Assembly: GCA_004356105.1 (NCBI GenBank)
Contig: SMYC01000142.1
Coordinates: forward strand, 11,041 to 75,040
DNA from: Acidobacteriota bacterium
Lineage (GTDB): Bacteria; Acidobacteriota; Vicinamibacteria; Marinacidobacterales; SMYC01
DNA length: 64,000 nucleotides
Reading direction: 5' to 3'
In this document: piece by piece, positions 9,452-17,551 of the stretch
Layout: every line of letters begins with the position of its first letter
Position numbering within the stretch: position 1 is the first letter of the stretch
The notes under the pieces: model-generated
Databases searched by the model: none
The model's input: only the letters and a program-made list of their open reading frames with translations
Told to the model about the DNA's origin: nothing
Translations under genes and position numbers: made by a program

Positions 9452-10138
9452 CTAGAACCGCAAATGGCCGGGAGGAATGCCCGCGGCGCGGCCCTTCGCT
9501 TGCAAATCCGTCTTGAGCTCTTCTTTCCGCTTCCTGAGCGTCTCGTTGATTGATTTCAGGCGATCTTGCTCCCCGACGAGATGAGCTGCGTCCTGTCCCG
9601 TCATGGGGGTAGTGGCTGCACCGGTGCCGGTTTGGGGCGGGACGGGTAGGCCGCCGCCTCCGAGCCACGTCGCGGCAGCAATTCGGGCATCGAGCTGACG
9701 GATGCTTTCGTCGTTCTCGGCGATACTTTTGTCGATTTCAACGACTTGCCTCTCGTAGCCTTGCTTCATGAGCCTGAACAATTGAAGTCGGTCTTCGAGT
9801 GAGGCATCGATCGAGATTTGTGTCGGCACAAAAATTTCGTCTTCTTCCAAATCATCTTCGATCGCCCGACGTTCTTCTTCTTCCGAGCGCCTTGGGCCGG
9901 TGGGGGTGAGCGTAACCCCGGACGAGGGCCGGGCCGTCGTGGCTTCGGCCGTATTCTCGTTCTCCGAGCCCGTCTCGCTCTCTGGGGCAAGTGCGTCGCC
10001 GGAAATCACGAACACTTCCTTGCCCTCTTCCTTATTCTTCTCCCGGCGCTCTTTTTCTTTTTTTGCGAGCTCCCCGAGAGACTGCCCGAAACCCATAGTG
10101 GTCAGGAGCAGGCACAAGACCAGAAGTGTCGACTTCAT
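9452..10138 (-). CDS. Exported coiled-coil hypothetical protein
   Basis: Signal peptide, QSLGELAKKEKERREK motif, C-terminal heptads; GGAGG RBS and a perfect TATAAT upstream. Confidence 0.8.
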   Translation of the reverse strand: MKSTLLVLCLLLTTMGFGQSLGELAKKEKERREKNKEEGKEVFVISGDALAPESETGSENENTAEATTARPSSGVTLTPTGPRRSEEEERRAIEDDLEEDEIFVPTQISIDASLEDRLQLFRLMKQGYERQVVEIDKSIAENDESIRQLDARIAAATWLGGGGLPVPPQTGTGAATTPMTGQDAAHLVGEQDRLKSINETLRKRKEELKTDLQAKGRAAGIPPGHLRF

Positions 10139-10321
10139 AAAAACCTCCGCGATAGCTCCGGAATCTCTCTATTATAGACGCTTCGTCTGGGGCCGACCAG
10201 GCGCGCCCGGTCTCCCTCGAACTCCCCTGCTCTCTTGCCCTTACGGACGTTCTTCAGTTTGCGCAGGGTCTCCCCGCGCCATACAATCAACTGCTTATAC
10301 CAAGAAGGAGCTCTAATCGAA

Positions 10322-11623
10322 ATGGGTGTGATTGCGAACAGAATCGCCGCCATGGGTACGGAGAATGCGTTCAAGATTGGGGACGACGTGGCGCGAGCCC
10401 AAGCGCGCGGTGTCGACGTTGTCCGCTTTACCATCGGCGAGCCGGACTTCGATAGCGCGCCCCACATCAACCAGGTAGGCATCGACAACATTCTCGCTGG
10501 CAATACGCACTATACGGACCCCGCCGGGATCAAACCTCTTCGCGAAGCGACGGCGGCGCATGTCAAGAAAACACGCGGTCTCGATGTGAGCGCCGATCAA
10601 GTGATCATCCTCCCCGGAGCCAAGCCGGCGATTGGCTACGCGATGATGAGCTACGTCAATCCCGGCGACGAAGTTATCTATCCGAGCCCCGGCTTTCCCA
10701 TTTATGAGTCTTGGGTGACCTATATGGGTGGCACTCCCGTGCCGCTCGTTCTCCGCGAAGAGAACGGGTTTGCCTTCACGGTGGAAGAGCTCGAAGCACT
10801 CATCACCAAAAAGACAAAGCTTCTCATGTTGTGCTCGCCGTCCAACCCGACGGGCGGCGTTCTCTCGCGGGAGATCCTCGAAGGCGTCGCCGAGGTCGTG
10901 CGCTCGAAGGCGCAGCCTGATTTGCGGGTCTATTCCGACGAGATCTACGAGCACATCACCTTTGACGGCTTCGAGCATTTTTCGATTGCTCAGGCGCCGG
11001 GAATGAAGGAGCGCACGATCATTGCGAGCGGCCACTCGAAAGGCTTTGCCATGACGGGTTGGCGCCTCGGCTGGTCGGTGCTGCCAAACGAAGAAGAGGC
11101 GGCCTTATGGAAGCAGCTCAATATCAATACTGTCAGCTGCGTCCCGCCCTTCATACAGGAGGCAGCGCGCGAGGCTTTCGAGAACCCGAAGACTGCCGAG
11201 GTGGTTCTACACATGGTCTCGGAGTTCAAGAAGCGGCGAGACTATGTCGTGCCCGCACTCAATGACATCCCCGGCATCACGTGTAACAAACCTCTCGGAG
11301 CGTTCTACGTGTTTCCTAATGTTTCTGGCATTTGCGCCGCGCTCGCTATCCACGATTACTACGATGGTCTCTCGGCGGAAAGGCGGGGCAAGACGAGCCC
11401 GGCCACGCTCTTTCAGCGTTTTCTCTTGTACTACCACGGGGTCGCGCTCGTCGATCGGCGAAGCTTCGGCGTTTTGAAGAGCGAAGGCCAGCATTTCCTG
11501 CGCCTTTCCTACGCGACGGATATGGACTCCATCAAGGAAGGTGTCGCGCGGATCCGAAAAGGGGCTTCCGACCACGCTGGGTTCGAGAAGTTCCAAGACG
11601 ACAACGTCGCGCTCGGAGTATGA
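10322..11623 (+). CDS. PLP-dependent aminotransferase class I/II (aspartate aminotransferase-like)
   Basis: IGEPDF, HYTDPAG, CSPSNPTG, SDEIYE, GHSKGFAMTGWRLG; start moved to ATG 10322 (AAGGAG upstream). Confidence 0.93.
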   Translation: MGVIANRIAAMGTENAFKIGDDVARAQARGVDVVRFTIGEPDFDSAPHINQVGIDNILAGNTHYTDPAGIKPLREATAAHVKKTRGLDVSADQVIILPGAKPAIGYAMMSYVNPGDEVIYPSPGFPIYESWVTYMGGTPVPLVLREENGFAFTVEELEALITKKTKLLMLCSPSNPTGGVLSREILEGVAEVVRSKAQPDLRVYSDEIYEHITFDGFEHFSIAQAPGMKERTIIASGHSKGFAMTGWRLGWSVLPNEEEAALWKQLNINTVSCVPPFIQEAAREAFENPKTAEVVLHMVSEFKKRRDYVVPALNDIPGITCNKPLGAFYVFPNVSGICAALAIHDYYDGLSAERRGKTSPATLFQRFLLYYHGVALVDRRSFGVLKSEGQHFLRLSYATDMDSIKEGVARIRKGASDHAGFEKFQDDNVALGV

Positions 11624-11624
11624 C

Positions 11625-12650
11625 GTGAAGATTTTCGCAACGCGCAAAATTCCCGAAGCCGGTCTCGAGATTTTGAAGGGCGCCGGTGACCTCTCTATCG
11701 CGACGGAGATCGAAGACGCGATCGTGCCGCGGGAGAGCGTTCTCGCCGGTGTGCGCATGGCGGATGTGCTCGTCTCGCTCTTGACGGAGTCCGTGGACCG
11801 CGACGTGCTCGCCGCCGGTGAGAGGCTGCGCGGCGTCGCCAACTACGCCGTGGGCTACAACAATATCGACGTGGAGGCGGCGACCGAGCTCGGCCTCCCT
11901 GTCACCAATACGCCCGGTGTGCTCACCGATACGACGGCCGACCTGACTTGGACATTACTCATGTCCATCGCGCGAAACGTCGTACCCGCCGATCGCTACA
12001 TGCGGGCCGGGAAGTACAAGATCTGGGGGCCGAGCCTGTTCCTGGGCGGCGATATCTCGAAGGGCGGCGACGGAACGCCCAAAGTGCTCGGCATCATCGG
12101 CTTCGGCCGCATCGGCCAAGCCATGTACCGGCGCGCTCGAGGCTTCGATATGCGGGTGCTGGCCTACGACCCGCCCATCCGCGATTTGATCGACGGCATG
12201 GAGGGCGTCTCTTATGCCGAAATGGATCGGTTGCTCGAAGAGAGCGACTTCGTGACGGTGCATACGGATTTGAACGAAGCCACGCTTCATCTCATCGACG
12301 CGGCGGCTCTCCAGAAAATGAAGTCGACCGCTTATCTCATCAACACAGCGCGCGGCCCCATCGTCGACGAGCGTGCTCTCGTCGACGCGCTGAAAAGCGA
12401 GGTCATTGCGGGCGCCGGCCTCGATGTGTTCGAGGACGAGCCCAAAATGGCCCCTGGCCTCGCCGAGCTCGACAATGTCGTCATCCTGCCGCACATCGCC
12501 TCGGCGAGCCGAGACACGCGGAACAAGATGGCGACCATGTGCGCCAAAAACGCGGTCGCACATGCAAAGCTCGAAAAAGCGCCCAACTGCGTGAACCCCG
12601 AAGTCTATGACAGCGACGCTTATCAGAGCCGCCTACAACGGATCCGCTGA
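11625..12650 (+). CDS. D-2-hydroxyacid dehydrogenase (glyoxylate/hydroxypyruvate reductase-like)
   Basis: NYAVGYNNID, TNTPGVLT, GIIGFGRIG, INTARGPIVDE, GLDVFEDEP, LPHIAS; GTG start 1 nt after the upstream stop. Confidence 0.92.
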   Translation: MKIFATRKIPEAGLEILKGAGDLSIATEIEDAIVPRESVLAGVRMADVLVSLLTESVDRDVLAAGERLRGVANYAVGYNNIDVEAATELGLPVTNTPGVLTDTTADLTWTLLMSIARNVVPADRYMRAGKYKIWGPSLFLGGDISKGGDGTPKVLGIIGFGRIGQAMYRRARGFDMRVLAYDPPIRDLIDGMEGVSYAEMDRLLEESDFVTVHTDLNEATLHLIDAAALQKMKSTAYLINTARGPIVDERALVDALKSEVIAGAGLDVFEDEPKMAPGLAELDNVVILPHIASASRDTRNKMATMCAKNAVAHAKLEKAPNCVNPEVYDSDAYQSRLQRIR

Positions 12651-12883
12651 AATCTTGTGGATTCTGTTCTAGATCAATACTCAAGGTAGACGTCGTGCGG
12701 CGCCGCCTCGGCGAAGTGCTCAGAAGCGCCTGACGGTCGCATACAGGACTAGTGCCAGAGCGGGGGAGCGGGCGGGCCTGTGTAGTCGTGTGAGAGCGCC
12801 GATGATACAATAATCGGCACGGGTTGAGCAGAAAACCCGCTTTGTTGCACGTCATTCAGGAATGTTTCTCGTCTTTAAGGCCG

Positions 12884-15088
12884 ATGTCGTCCGTTCCCGA
12901 AAAAATTGATAAGTACATCGTGCTTGGCGAGCTGGGCCGTGGCGCGATGGGCACGGTCTACAAAGCGCGTGACCCGGTTCTCGACCGCGTCGTGGCCATC
13001 AAGATGATGTCCGAAGATCTTCTCATCGAAGAGGAGATGCGCGGTCGGTTCGACCGGGAGGCGCGATCGGCAGCCGGGCTTCAGCACCCCAATATCGTGA
13101 CGATTTTCGACTTCGGGGAGCTCGAGGGTGAGGGTGTGCCTTACATCGTGATGGAGCTTCTCGAGGGGGATAGCCTCGCGCAGCTCATGGAGCAAGGCAA
13201 GCCCGAGCGGCTCGAGGACAAGATGCACATCGTCTCTCAGATTTGCCGGGGCCTCGACTATGCCCACAAACGAGGCGTCATCCATCGCGACATCAAGCCC
13301 GGGAACATCCAAGTCTTGCCCGACGGGACCGCGAAAGTGCTCGATTTCGGGATCGCGATGGGCGGCGAAGGCTCCGCGATAAAGACGAAGACGGGCCTCG
13401 TCATGGGTACGCCCAACTACATGGCCCCCGAGCAGATTTCGGGAGCAAAGGTCGATCATCGCGCCGATATGTGGGCCGTCGGCGTCGTTCTTTACGAGCT
13501 TCTCAGCAAAGGCCGGCCGTTCAACGCCTCGTCGGTTCCCGGTCTCGTCTATCAAATCGTGCACGCCGAGCCAAAAGCGCTCGATGCTCGTGCGCTCGGC
13601 TTGCCCCAGAAGCTCGTTTCGGTGGTCGAGCGCGTCCTGAGCAAAGTTCCGGACCAACGCTTCCGCGATCTGGCTTTGTTGGGTCGCGCGATCGATCAGA
13701 TCATGGGCAAGGTTTCCACTTCGGCGGAGGCCCCCGACGAGAAGAGGGCACGCAGCTATCAGACGAATTTCGAGCTCGCGCGGGGCCTGCACCAAAAGGG
13801 GGAGCATCAGCGCGCGCTCGAGGCCGCGCGGCGGGCTCAGGCACTCGAGCCGTCCCATGCCTCCGTCGTCGATCTCGTCTCCGAGATCGAGATTGCGCTC
13901 ACGCGGATGCAGGCGCAAGAGACGATCGTGCCGAAATCGGAGCCCTCTTCCTTCGACGCGGCGCGGTGGGTGGACGAAGCGCGGATGGCTCTGACGGCGG
14001 GCAATCGCAGCGCAGCTTTGCGTATCGTCGACGACGTGCTCGCGGTCGAGCCCACTTTCGAGGCGGCGATGGAGCTGAAAGAGCTCCTCGACACGCCGGC
14101 GCGGCCAGGACATGTGCGCACGGGCTCGCTGCGTCCGCAAACCTATCGTCACACCCGCGTACGCCCCGATCACACCTTCGCCGAATCGGCGACCTTCGGG
14201 GAGCCACCGGGCATTCAAGTATTGTCCATCGGTCCGAGCCCTCAGCTCGTCGCCGCGGGAGGGGTCGACGGCTCGGTGCGCCTCTGGGATATCGATTCGC
14301 GGCGAAAGGTCGCGAGCTTCCGCACGGAGCTTCATCGGCGATCCGGCCATGAAGCGCTCGCGACTTCTTTGGCGTTCTCCCCGGACGGGGCCTTTCTCGC
14401 TTCCGGTCACGTCGATGGCAATATCCATCTCTGGAGCCTCGATATGGGGGCCGAGGTCACGGTGCGCGTTCGCCACGAAGCTTCGATTGGCCAGCTCGTG
14501 TTCTCGCCGGACGGCTCTACGCTCGCCTCGTGTGCTCTCGATAGCACCGTCAAGCTGTGGAACCTCGACTTGCTTCGCAAGGGCGACGCCCAGAGACAGC
14601 TCATCCGGGAGCCCGCGGGCGTGACCACGCTTCTCTATTCCGAAGACGGGGCGGAGCTCATCGCCGGTAACACCAAGGCCGTCCTGCGGGTTCACGACAG
14701 CAAGACGGGCCGGCTCACGGCGACGCTCAGAGGCCACAGCGCCCCGTTGTCGACCTGTATTCTCTCTCCGGACGGCGATCAGATTGCGACCGGCTCGCGC
14801 GACGGCGTCATTCGTATCTTTGACTTGAATCGGCGCGAGGAGGTCCGAACGCTGATGGGACACCAGAAGGCGATAGCGGGGCTCGCTTACTTTCCCGGAG
14901 GGACCGAGCTCGCGAGCGTTGCGATGGATAACACCTTGCTCATCTGGGACCTCACGGCAGGGAATCCTCGTCAGACCCTTTACGGCCGATCGGAGGAGGT
15001 CTTTACCGGGGTCGTGGTCACGAGCGACGAGCCGCTCCTCGTCGCCGGGCTCGGCGACGGGCGCGTGCGCGTTTGGGCGCCGGAGTAA
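12884..15088 (+). CDS. Hanks-type Ser/Thr kinase with a TPR-like linker and a C-terminal WD40 propeller
   Basis: LGRGAMGTVY, VAIK, HRDIKPGN, DFG, GTPNYMAPE; then about 7 WD repeats (e.g. GHSAPLSTCILSPDG...VIRIFD). Confidence 0.92.
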   Translation: MSSVPEKIDKYIVLGELGRGAMGTVYKARDPVLDRVVAIKMMSEDLLIEEEMRGRFDREARSAAGLQHPNIVTIFDFGELEGEGVPYIVMELLEGDSLAQLMEQGKPERLEDKMHIVSQICRGLDYAHKRGVIHRDIKPGNIQVLPDGTAKVLDFGIAMGGEGSAIKTKTGLVMGTPNYMAPEQISGAKVDHRADMWAVGVVLYELLSKGRPFNASSVPGLVYQIVHAEPKALDARALGLPQKLVSVVERVLSKVPDQRFRDLALLGRAIDQIMGKVSTSAEAPDEKRARSYQTNFELARGLHQKGEHQRALEAARRAQALEPSHASVVDLVSEIEIALTRMQAQETIVPKSEPSSFDAARWVDEARMALTAGNRSAALRIVDDVLAVEPTFEAAMELKELLDTPARPGHVRTGSLRPQTYRHTRVRPDHTFAESATFGEPPGIQVLSIGPSPQLVAAGGVDGSVRLWDIDSRRKVASFRTELHRRSGHEALATSLAFSPDGAFLASGHVDGNIHLWSLDMGAEVTVRVRHEASIGQLVFSPDGSTLASCALDSTVKLWNLDLLRKGDAQRQLIREPAGVTTLLYSEDGAELIAGNTKAVLRVHDSKTGRLTATLRGHSAPLSTCILSPDGDQIATGSRDGVIRIFDLNRREEVRTLMGHQKAIAGLAYFPGGTELASVAMDNTLLIWDLTAGNPRQTLYGRSEEVFTGVVVTSDEPLLVAGLGDGRVRVWAPE

Positions 15089-15222
15089 CGAACGCCGATG
15101 ACTGCTTCCGATATCGACTCCGCGCAAAATAGGGATCCCTATCTGTCGAGCTAGGGTGGATCCCATCGCCGCGCGCGGCGGAGTTACTGGACCCGCCTGT
15201 TCGAGGTTCTCGGATGGCTGAG

Positions 15223-15690
15223 CTATTGCGGCATGACGCCGACCGGCAGAACGAGCTGGATGGTCCAACGCGCGTCTTCGCGTCGGTCGAGCCGCACCAG
15301 CGACGCTGGATGAAAAACGAGCAACGGCATGCTTTCGTCTTGAGCCAAAAGAGCGCCCGCGATCCGGTTCAAGTAAGGCAGATGGCCCACGACCATCACG
15401 TTTTGCTGCAAGCCCGCGGCCTCGCGGCGCAGGGGGTTGATGTCATCATCGGGTCCGATGCCGCTCACCGGGCTTCGAGGACATTGAAGGATTTTTTCGA
15501 ACTCTTGCGCTGTTTGCACCGCGCGTAGCTTTTCGGAGTGTCGTATCTCGGCGACCCGCACGCCGAGGCGTGCTGCGAAAGTGGCGCATCGTCGGACGTT
15601 AGCGAGACCGGCTTCGGTGAGCGGTGGCCCGCCGTCCGCGTCTCCCAAATTGGGGTCCACATCACCGTGTCGAACCAGGTAGAGCTCCAT
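15223..15690 (-). CDS. sixA: Phosphohistidine phosphatase SixA
   Basis: LYLVRHG, PLTEAG, HSEKLRAVQTA, VMVVGHLP; start moved to ATG 15690 (AGGAG upstream). Confidence 0.85.
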   Translation of the reverse strand: MELYLVRHGDVDPNLGDADGGPPLTEAGLANVRRCATFAARLGVRVAEIRHSEKLRAVQTAQEFEKILQCPRSPVSGIGPDDDINPLRREAAGLQQNVMVVGHLPYLNRIAGALLAQDESMPLLVFHPASLVRLDRREDARWTIQLVLPVGVMPQ

Positions 15691-15832
15691 GAACGCTCCT
15701 CTTTTGCTTGGTTTCTCAGGATCTTCGTAAGCTAGAAACGAGATTTGCCGCGATGAAATCAATTCTACCCGGTATCCTGCCAGCTTTCTAGCCGCCTCTT
15801 GTGCTAGGCTTTTCGGCTTTCAGGAGGTCTTA

Positions 15833-17515
15833 TTGCCCGAGAACAAGATTGCCTATTTCTCGATGGAAATTGGGCTCAGAGCGGATATGGCGACCTATTC
15901 CGGCGGGTTGGGGGTGCTCGCCGGAGATACGCTTCGCGCCGCCGCGGATTTGGGGCTGCCGCTCGTCGCGGTCACGCTCGTCTATCGGAGAGGATATTTT
16001 CGCCAGCATCTCGATGCGGTCGGCGCACAAACGGAGTCGCCCGATAGTTGGAATGTGGCGGATGGGCTGCGGGAGATGGATCCGCGGGTGGATGTCGAGA
16101 TCGAAGGAAAAACCGTTCGCCTCCGAGCTTGGCTCCAAGAGATAGTGGGGGTTTTGGGACAGAAGGTGACGGTTTATTTCCTCGACAGCGACCTCGAAGA
16201 GAACGACCCTGCGAGCCGGGCTCTGACGGACCAGCTCTACGGCGGCGACAAGCGTTACCGTCTATCTCAGGAAGTTGTGCTCGGTATCGGCGGCGTGCGC
16301 ATGCTGCACGCGCTCGGACATGACGCGCTCGAGACCTATCACATGAACGAGGGCCATTCGGCTTTACTCACGCTCGAGCTCATGCGGAGAGCGGCTTTCG
16401 ATGAGGGACGCGAGGAGCTGTCCGAGGAGGACGTCTTTCGGGTCCGCGAAGGATGCGTCTTCACCACCCATACACCCGTCGCCGCTGGCCACGATCGTTT
16501 CCCGCTCGATCTGGTGAGGAGCGTACTCGGCGAGGTGACGTGGAAGCGGCTCGAAGGCCTCTATGCGATGACCGAGCTAAACATGACCGAGCTCGCTCTG
16601 CGTCACAGCCGTTACGTCAACGGCGTCGCGCGTCGCCACGGCGATGTCACCCGGGAGATGTTCGATGGCTACGACGTCCAAGCGATCACGAACGGCGTCC
16701 ACGCCGCGACCTGGACCTCGGCGCCGCTCTCAGAGCTCTTCGATCGGTATGTGCCGGGATGGCGCGAGGACAATCAAAGCCTTCGCTACATGACCTACAC
16801 CGCGCTCGAGGAGATCGAAGCTGCCCATCGCGCGGCGAAGAAGAACTTGATCGATTATGTCGAGACGGCGAACGGTATTCGCTTGAGCGAAGAGACCTTC
16901 ACCATTGGTTTTGCGCGGCGCGCGGCCGCCTACAAGCGCGCGGATTTGCTCTTCGACGACGTCGAGCGGCTGAAAGCCATCGCTTCGAAATCCGGCGCGA
17001 TTCAAATCGTCTATGCAGGTAAAGCGCATCCTCACGACGAGCCGGGCAAAGCGATCATTCGACGCATCGTTGAAGCCGGTAAGAGCCTCGGGGAGCACGT
17101 CGTGCTCGTCTATCTCGAGAATTACGGCATCGAGCTCGGGGGGCTCATGACCTCGGGATGCGATCTGTGGCTGAACACGCCCGAGCCTCCCAAGGAAGCC
17201 TCGGGGACGAGCGGGATGAAAGCCGCGCTGAACGGTGTCCCGAGCTTGAGCATTCTCGACGGTTGGTGGGTCGAGGGCCATGTCGAAGGCGTCACGGGAT
17301 GGTCCATCGGCGATACCCATCCCGATCGGGCCCGCGATGCGAGCGAGCTCTATGACAAGCTCGAGAGCAAGATTCTTCCGCTATATTACGACGATCGCGA
17401 TGGCTATAGCCGCGTCCGCCGCTACGCAATCTCGATCAACGGATCGTTCTTCAACACCGAGCGCATGGTGAGCGAATATGCGCGGCAGGCCTATCGTCAC
17501 CGTGGATGTGCCTGA
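15833..17515 (+). CDS. glgP: Alpha-glucan (glycogen/starch) phosphorylase, short form
   Basis: AYFSMEIG, YSGGLGVLAGD, HMNEGH, FTTHTPV, ITNGVH, FARRAAAYKR, EASGTSGMKAALNG. Confidence 0.95.
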   Translation: MPENKIAYFSMEIGLRADMATYSGGLGVLAGDTLRAAADLGLPLVAVTLVYRRGYFRQHLDAVGAQTESPDSWNVADGLREMDPRVDVEIEGKTVRLRAWLQEIVGVLGQKVTVYFLDSDLEENDPASRALTDQLYGGDKRYRLSQEVVLGIGGVRMLHALGHDALETYHMNEGHSALLTLELMRRAAFDEGREELSEEDVFRVREGCVFTTHTPVAAGHDRFPLDLVRSVLGEVTWKRLEGLYAMTELNMTELALRHSRYVNGVARRHGDVTREMFDGYDVQAITNGVHAATWTSAPLSELFDRYVPGWREDNQSLRYMTYTALEEIEAAHRAAKKNLIDYVETANGIRLSEETFTIGFARRAAAYKRADLLFDDVERLKAIASKSGAIQIVYAGKAHPHDEPGKAIIRRIVEAGKSLGEHVVLVYLENYGIELGGLMTSGCDLWLNTPEPPKEASGTSGMKAALNGVPSLSILDGWWVEGHVEGVTGWSIGDTHPDRARDASELYDKLESKILPLYYDDRDGYSRVRRYAISINGSFFNTERMVSEYARQAYRHRGCA

Positions 17516-17551
17516 ACGAGGCCCCCGACGGAGCGTCGAAGCGGGGCTTGC

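Noticed and set aside
12875-15268. 797-aa minus-strand ORF
   Set aside because: Antisense shadow of the kinase-WD40 gene
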